Assembly (NCBI RefSeq): GCF_052425735.1
Contig: NC_135760.1
Coordinates: 24,924,001-24,988,000 of the forward strand
Direction: 5' to 3'
Length of the DNA: 64,000 nucleotides
Source: Oculina patagonica
Lineage: Eukaryota
Position numbers and translations under genes: made by a program. The notes under the pieces were generated by a model. It ran no database searches and was not told the origin of the DNA. It saw only the letters and a list, made by a program, of their open reading frames with translations. Shown one piece after another: positions 25,350-64,000 of the stretch. Numbering within the stretch: position 1 is the first letter of the stretch; the number at the start of each line of letters is the position of its first letter.

Positions 25350-25849
25350 NNNNNNNNNNNNNNNNNNNNNNNNNNNNNNNNNNNNNNNNNNNNNNNNNNN
25401 NNNNNNNNNNNNNNNNNNNNNNNNNNNNNNNNNNNNNNNNNNNNNNNNNNNNNNNNNNNNNNNNNNNNNNNNNNNNNNNNNNNNNNNNNNNNNNNNNNNN
25501 NNNNNNNNNNNNNNNNNNNNNNNNNNNNNNNNNNNNNNNNNNNNNNNNNNNNNNNNNNNNNNNNNNNNNNNNNNNNNNNNNNNNNNNNNNNNNNNNNNNN
25601 NNNNNNNNNNNNNNNNNNNNNNNNNNNNNNNNNNNNNNNNNNNNNNNNNNNNNNNNNNNNNNNNNNNNNNNNNNNNNNNNNNNNNNNNNNNNNNNNNNNN
25701 NNNNNNNNNNNNNNNNNNNNNNNNNNNNNNNNNNNNNNNNNNNNNNNNNNNNNNNNNNNNNNNNNNNNNNNNNNNNNNNNNNNNNNNNNNNNNNNNNNNN
25801 NNNNNNNNNNNNNNNNNNNNNNNNNNNNNNNNNNNNNNNNNNNNNNNNN
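25350..25849. other. Assembly gap (500 N)
   Basis: Run of exactly 500 N. Confidence 1.
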
Positions 25850-57245
<31,396 letters not shown>

Positions 57246-57924
57246 TACAGTTTGTGGCAGCAAGTGCGCAGGAAGATACACAGAGGGAACTACAAAGTGA
57301 CAAAGTCTAAAGGCCCCTCAGACGAATCAGAGAACAGAAACGATGTCTGACAATGTTGATGATCTTCAATCAGTGTAATGCAAACGACTATTGCAGACAA
57401 CTTTAAACAACAAACCTTACAGTATTTACAAAGGTTATCTATAAGTATTGTAGGTAATAAGCAGGAAAGACCACATAAGCCTATGAGGTCAGCTAGCCAA
57501 CAAGAGCTGTTAATAGGTTAAAAATATCAGGACCGGGTTGTTGCGATTAGCTAATCCAGGATTAGCGTGAATTTTAATTTCAATTATTAACTTTTCTGTT
57601 AGGTTTCTGTTTATATTTTCTGTCCTTTAATTTTACGTTGACTTAATTCAAACTCCACAAAACATAAGCAATATAAAACACTTTTATACAAGAGAAATTG
57701 AACCCTCGATCAACTTTTAATCCTGGGTTAAAGCCTTTAATCGGCTTTCGAACAACCCAGCCGTGATGATAAAGTCCAGTAAAAACCTTATTAGAGGGTC
57801 TGTGTGGGGCTTAATTGATAGCTGAGAAATGGTCACAATTTTAGCTGTCAGCTGATAAAAGACGCGTTTTGTTGTGTAAAAAAAAAAAAAAAAAAACAGT
57901 AGATTTTAGTATGCTAAGTTTTAG

Positions 57925-58331
57925 AACGTTCTCTCGGTCACTACGTTCCAGTGGCCAAGAACTGCTAACTGAGCCCATGGCTAAACTCAAGACCTACGGA
58001 GACCGGGCGTTCAGCACTGCTGCGCCAAGGCTGTGGAACAACCTGCCACTGAGCATCCGAAAATCAGCATCAGAAGACATTTTTAAGAAGAACCTAAAAA
58101 CTTATCTTTTTAAAGAAGCTTATGACATTTAATTTTTATTTCTTATACACGTTTACTTTAAGTCCAGTTAAATAATCATGATATTTTTAGTTTTTAATTT
58201 TTTAACTTTTAAAACTTCACTTTCTGCATGTATAGATATTTTAGCTCAATAGATTAATTTAGTTAGGTATTTTTATATTTTATTTTTATATTTTAGCATA
58301 GTGATTGTAAAGCGCTATGAAAGACTAGCTA
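57925..58331 (+). mobile_element. L2-type LINE 3' fragment
   Basis: RSLRSS..KTYGDRAFSTAAPRLWNNLP..FKKNLKTYLF, then AT-rich UTR and TGTAAAGCGC, running into the gap. Confidence 0.8.
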
Positions 58332-58466
58332 NNNNNNNNNNNNNNNNNNNNNNNNNNNNNNNNNNNNNNNNNNNNNNNNNNNNNNNNNNNNNNNNNNNNN
58401 NNNNNNNNNNNNNNNNNNNNNNNNNNNNNNNNNNNNNNNNNNNNNNNNNNNNNNNNNNNNNNNNNN
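58332..58466. other. Assembly gap (135 N)
   Basis: N run. Confidence 1.
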
Positions 58467-59030
58467 GGCTTTAAAGGTGTTATAGTATGGGATCCACAAA
58501 TGAATGGGTTCCCAAGCCACCACTGAGATCAGTGGGTACATATAAAGGGGATGGAAAATGTGTGTGGGTATTGGGGAAGGGGTGTGTTGTAAGCATAAGG
58601 GACCAACAGACTGCAAAGCAGTCACGTCTGCCACAAGGCAACACAACAAAAACAAAAAATCAAAATTTAATAAATAAATAGAATAAAATAACAGAAAAAT
58701 AGCAGAGTAGGATGTATCAGACAAATTGAGTTAAAACTGAGGTGTGGGGGGGGGGGGTTATATCAGAAAGCTGAGATCTGAGATCTGCAAAATTTACTGA
58801 TAGCTGTAGAAGTCACCGAAAATTTAACTGATATTAAACTTACATTCTAGCACACCCATCCAGACCATCTTATTAGGGGTGTTTGCGAAAGGAGTAACCC
58901 CTGGTTACGATTTTAATTACCTGATCATAGTGGTTAGGTGGTAAGACAACACTGCAAGGGACCGCGAACGATAATGCTGCTATTCGTAGGATCTACTGAG
59001 AGATCTGATCAGCAATAAAATGAAATAACA

Positions 59031-59358
59031 AACAGCTGCAAGCAAGGCTGACCATATACGTGAAAATAGGCTTTGCGAGACAACACCACGACAACACAAC
59101 ACGTGATGTGGCAGCGCGTGATTCGGGGGACAAGTAAGTTCAAAGTACGGAACTTGATACAGTGTACGGGTTATTGGGCAATTTATTTGCGTTGGCCTTT
59201 GGGCTGGCGTCATTTAGATTCGCTACACCGCGCTGATGAGTTCCAATAAGAACGAAACAGCTGTCCGCGGTTGCAATCCTGCTGTATCGGTTCCAGTCGT
59301 GGTGTTGTCTCGCAAAGCCTATTTTCACGTAGTATGGTCAGCCTTGCTTGCAGCTGTT
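59031..59358. mobile_element. Penelope-like pseudo-LTR / retrozyme-like fragment with inverted arms
   Basis: ~62-bp near-perfect inverted repeat (59031-59092 vs 59296-59358) enclosing the hammerhead. Confidence 0.7.
59227..59271 (+). ncRNA. Minimal type I hammerhead ribozyme
   Basis: ACCGCG-CTGATGA-GTTC caataa GAAC-GAAAC agct GTC-CGCGGT: stem I 6 bp, intact core, stem II 4 bp, short stem III with palindromic loop, GUC cleavage triplet ending at 59265. Confidence 0.85.
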
Positions 59359-60137
59359 GGTTAGGTGGTGACTTGAAATGCACTGTGCTCAACCACCAGT
59401 TTAGAGACTTGGCAGGCGGAGCCATGCAAGTTCAATTCCTCAGCAAATAGCCAACTAGTCCAGAACCTCCCATTGTTACAAGTAATATTCTCATCAAGTT
59501 CATGTTCCTTTTGCAATATCGTGGTTCTTCAGTATAGTATGCAGGCTCTCTTGTCTCTTTGCCCAAAACGTTTCAAAGCACTTTTCAATTTTTTGCGCTT
59601 TAAAACTGTTGCAAAGTTGAACGCATGGTCCATTTTAAATGCAGTTACAATACTGGTGTGCAGCATGTAGCCTCGTTTACAAATCTGTCACGGCCTCCTG
59701 GCGACTTCTGCTACGCTAGTTTCCAGGACCATACGATCATTTTGGAAAGTTACGTAAATTGGGGCAGACAGTTCGAAGCTTCTCTTCGTACATTATTTAT
59801 TTTTTATTAAATTTATTTTATTTTATATTTTTGCTGGTAAGAGCCTAAAAATATAAAGTTCAGCATATGGACGTTAAACAATCTGTATATTTTATCCAAT
59901 TCGATCATGTAGCCGTCTCAAAAAGAAGTCGGGGTGACACGTGAGGCTAGGATTTAAAAAAAATTTTTTGGGATGCCCCCTGTCCCCCTCCCCCGTGAAG
60001 TTTTTACGTCATATTCCGAGCGGCGGCTCGACGATCGAGCACGGCTGTTTTATCTATTGAATCAGAAAAAAAATAGAGATTGTTCCCAAACTATAAGGAT
60101 ACAAATTTTTTCGTTATAAACGAAATTATACACATGT

Positions 60138-60326
60138 ATTGCTGGCTTGCAACTGACGTCACGGCGGCCATTTTGGAGACAAGAACAAAGCGTTTCCCTT
60201 CGCTGGGAATTTAACTTTTTTTTTATCATGCAAATTTTGCGAAAATTTATTTTATTGTTTTGACCGCTCCCCCCCCCCCCCCCCCCCCAACATGGCCGCT
60301 TTGTCACGTGGTTGCAAGCCAGCAAT
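60138..60326. mobile_element. MITE
   Basis: ATTGCTGGCTTGCAAC / GTTGCAAGCCAGCAAT perfect inverted ends. Confidence 0.75.
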
Positions 60327-60767
60327 TACAAGTCGTTGCCCGCAACGCAGTTTGTTCTTATTATAGATTTCAACTTTTTTATTAGATAGGAGATAAATTT
60401 TAACAAAGTTTACGACACATAGGTGAGTGGCCCAGAATTAAAGAATTACGCATAAAGAGTTTGTTGGGTCTATTATTTTATATTTTAAAAAGCACCTCAC
60501 CCCACCCAATTTCGTACGAAAAACTGGTTGCACAATAACAATTACCCATGATCCTCGCCAAGCATGCTCACTGTGCTGACATTTTGTTTTATCTGTACAT
60601 ACTATGTGTGATTACAAACCCACTACTCAGGCCGTGTTTGTATTTTATTTCGTTGGTGTCCCATCTTTAGATGTTCATTCGACAAATTTTAGCGCCCATT
60701 TACTGAAGTTCATATTTATTTATTTAAACTTCTCTCTGCTCAAAAGGAGAATGGTTTTTTTGACATC

Positions 60768-60985
60768 TATGGCGCTTTACATTAGTCAGAACTGGCCGAT
60801 CAGACCGGTATATTCAATAGCAAAATGCCATTGCTTGTCAGATTTGTTTTGTCAAATCAAACAATACATAAATATTATACACTATCGTGGTGGATTTGTG
60901 GGAAAATCTCGTGGAAAAGGCCCATTTCACATTCAAAACAACTGGACCGGCCGGTCAGTTCTGATAAATGGCAAGCACCCCTAAT
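60768..60985. mobile_element. Harbinger-like MITE (degenerate)
   Basis: TCAGAACTGGCCG / CCGGTCAGTTCTGA inverted subterminal motif. Confidence 0.5.
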
Positions 60986-63725
60986 TCTTATTTTTTAGAA
61001 ATTGTAATTTTTTTAAAAAAAAAAAGAGGGCCACAGGTTTTTCAGAATTTCTGTTACGTGCTACCCTCTTTAAATAAAGTTGTCTATCTGTCTATCTATT
61101 CCCTGATTTGAGTTTCTATTCGACACCTGTCGTTTTTCGTTTGTTGGGAATTTTATCAAATGTAATTCAATTGGTGCGAAACTCGAGGTCAGTGTTCAGA
61201 AAAATAGGAATATTTACTGAGGCTATATTAATTCAACACCTTTATCACTTGGCAGCGGAAAGGAAAAATAGCAGACCATGCAAACTGTTGAGTCATCGTA
61301 GAATAAGATTTATTTTTAGTGAATCATTTTTTCCGCTTTATAATTTAGCTGAGTCATTGTGAAGTCTTGTTTGTCAACATGTTTATTAGCAAGGTCTGGT
61401 AAAGACCTTTGCCGTCAATAGAAGTTTTCGACTTCTCGTTCAGCTTGGTTTCATGAAAATTCGGGCAAAGATGCAAGGTCACTAATGGTTTATTTGCAGA
61501 ATAAATGTCAAGAAGGCAAAACATCAAAATTGAAGTGAGTTTAATGACGTAAAACAATTTTATATTCGATTTCTTGTAGGCTATCACACCGAGCGGTATC
61601 ATATTTTCTTACTCGGGGAGAACAAGTATGATGGCTTTCATAGATCTAGTTACATACAACTTTTGAAAGAACTTATTTTTTTTTTCATTATCAACATCAG
61701 AATCTCCTTTAAAAAAGATCTTTGAGATCTGTCAACAATTCCGAGTAATTAATTGCGAAGCGCGCGATGTCTTAAAAAACTAGAGTGTATATGAATATAA
61801 ACCCCCACGAGGCTCAGAAAACAACAGCGTGTTCTGAGAGAGAGAGAAGAAATCTAGGCAAAGTTTTCGGTTTATGAAAGTGTTTAAGGAACACCGGTTG
61901 TTTTTGAAAGTGTTTTAGGAAAATCGTCCAACAATCCGGTTTGTTTGTATGAGTCTTGTCGGAGTCGTGACGTCACTCGCGGTAGATTTTGCACTCCGCG
62001 ATCGACAATTTTATACCAACGGGGCTCAAGAGAAGATTTTTATATAATTACGTTTTACTGATAATCATCATTAGTTCTTGATAGTACTTTAATGAACACG
62101 TTGTGAGTTCGACAAATTAAATTTTATTAAGATTTGTGCAGTTTACAATGACAGGTGAATCAATTTTTAGTGAATTGATTATAAAACGAAAAGTTTTTTA
62201 ATGATCTTTTCATCGTTTTCCACCAGTTTATAGTTTTAGTACCCTGCGAGCACAGTTACCTTCGATGTCATGGTTTTAGTTTCCAAAAGAAATAATTCTT
62301 GACTAAAAACCTTAATAGGCGACAAATTTTATTTCAAAATAATAATACATATCGTTAAAGAATAGAATGTGAGTAAACACGTTTCGCTGTTCAAACGAAT
62401 GTTTTTACTGAAAGGTTTTTAAAATACCAATTTTTTGCGACTATTTTTTCACCGTTCTTTTCTTATGCTATTGGCTTATTGAGTCATATTTGGCACAATT
62501 TTGCGAGGACAAAAAGCTGAGAGCACTATATTTAAGATTTTCTCAAGTACATTTATAAATTAATCATGACTATCATCGAAATATTTAAAATTGAAATGCT
62601 AATTTAAGCAAAACAACATCACGATCCACTGCTCATTAACTTATTAAAGCTTCGCAGCAAGATACAAGCTACGTTTTTTTCTCGTAAATCGTCAAGCATT
62701 ATTGTTGTTATTGGCAGAGCGACCTTAGATTTTCTGGCTCTTTGAGTTCGCTCGAAAGTAAAAGAAGTTGACGTGACCTGATTGCGGACGAATTCGCGGC
62801 GTGTCGTTGTCCTGACGTCAGAAGATTATATTAGGTATAGGCTTGCAAGAGGAAAACTGTCAATCTTCGGCACGAAACGTTCAAGTCTTACCTTCCGGTG
62901 CTTCAGTTTACATAACAAGAAGTTTGTGGACGTCGTGAAGCAATGCACAGGTCGAACTGAGGTAAGAATTTCTCAGATAGACATTGATCTTATCAATCAT
63001 TCAGTTTTATGCATGTAATGCAAGACCGATCAGATGCTAATAGCTAAACTTGTACCCATTCATACGGTAACATCTACGCCAACCAAACCACTTCAGAAGA
63101 ACTCAAATGTTGTACGTCAGTACCGCTCTTTAGACGGGAAAAACGTTATTGGTGTTTCCAGCAAACTCAGGCAATTTGAAAAGAAGTTCTAGCTGCTTAC
63201 ACACTACTGTCACTACTAGTTTTATAACATAGAGCTGTGTTTTGTCCGAATATGTATTGGAGTGTGTGCATGCATGGCGCTCTCTTGTAAAATTCCACGT
63301 CACGCATGAAGTATAATTTTTTAACACAACGGAATACCAAGGGTAGAAATTGTGAACATCATCATGTACTCTAAAGTGCATTTTAGCGTTATGTAAATCT
63401 GAGAATCCACCGTTCATTGTTATTATTGTTGTCATTATTGACGACACGACATGCCGAGTCGTTGACCTTTTACACGAGGCCGGATTTTTCACCGTTGAAA
63501 TCTCATGTAAGTAAATAGGTTCCACAATTTCCGTTGATTCCTCGAAAGGTCGGATATAACACTGTTGCTAACACGTTGGGATATTGGGTGTACTAAAATA
63601 TTGGGCACGGTTTATATTTTTGCACGTTACGCTCTACTGACGTCTCTACTGAGCACGTGTGTAGCCTCTGAGCCGAACGAGTAAAGGGGCTGGGTAGGAG
63701 GTACTGCGAAGGTACTGCTAGAGTA

Positions 63726-63954
63726 CGGGTGACTCTATTCGGCAGAATGGCAGAATGTCATTAGTTTGCTTGCGGTTAGCTTCACCTTGGTTTGCTTGCC
63801 GTGTTGCGTTAAGCTTCGCCCCCGTTTGCTTGCGGTTAGCTTTCACTCCGGTTTGCTTGCGGTCAGCTTTTTTGTTGGTTATACGTTAGGGCCATAAACT
63901 GAAAGATGTTGCCGTTCTGTTGTTCAGCCATTCCGCCGAATAAAGTCACCCCTG
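63726..63954. mobile_element. hAT-like MITE with internal ~30-bp repeats
   Basis: TIR GGGTGACTCTATTCGGCAGAATGGC / GCCATTCCGCCGAATAAAGTCACCC; flanking GAGTA repeat; internal GTTTGCTTGCGGTTAGCTT repeats. Confidence 0.7.
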
Positions 63955-64000
63955 GAGTACATGTAGCCTGCGTTGCTGTCGGGCGTGTCACAAAACCCTT

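Noticed and set aside
63130-63525. 131-aa minus-strand ORF
   Set aside because: Non-ATG start, no recognisable domain or splice structure; could be a decayed gene or TE but unsupported.

Overview
Eukaryotic (animal) genomic DNA. The repeat families and gene content suggest a cnidarian, probably a stony coral (inference). There are two intron-rich + strand genes. (1) The 5' part (~1,700 codons, 23 phase-consistent exons, 1440-23572) of an axonemal dynein heavy chain matching DNAH10; it stops before the motor domain, just ahead of a 500-N gap. (2) After the gap, a 5'-incomplete adhesion GPCR (25850-~57250) with the order D8C-like / FN3 / FN3 / SEA / Ig / Ig / HormR / GAIN-GPS / 7TM. Introns are packed with transposons: an intact BEL/Pao LTR retrotransposon (identical 408-bp LTRs, 5-bp TSD) nested in a decayed RTE-type LINE, 3' fragments of L1/Tx1, L2 and CR1-group LINEs, several tRNA-derived SINE families, Helentron-like elements, many MITEs and a (GTGCTY)n microsatellite split by a TIR element. 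The best hidden signals are a complete minimal type I hammerhead ribozyme inside a Penelope-like inverted repeat (59031-59358), a tRNA-cloverleaf repeat family that does not behave like an ordinary SINE, and the domain architecture of the receptor. All calls come from reading the sequence by eye; no searches were run.
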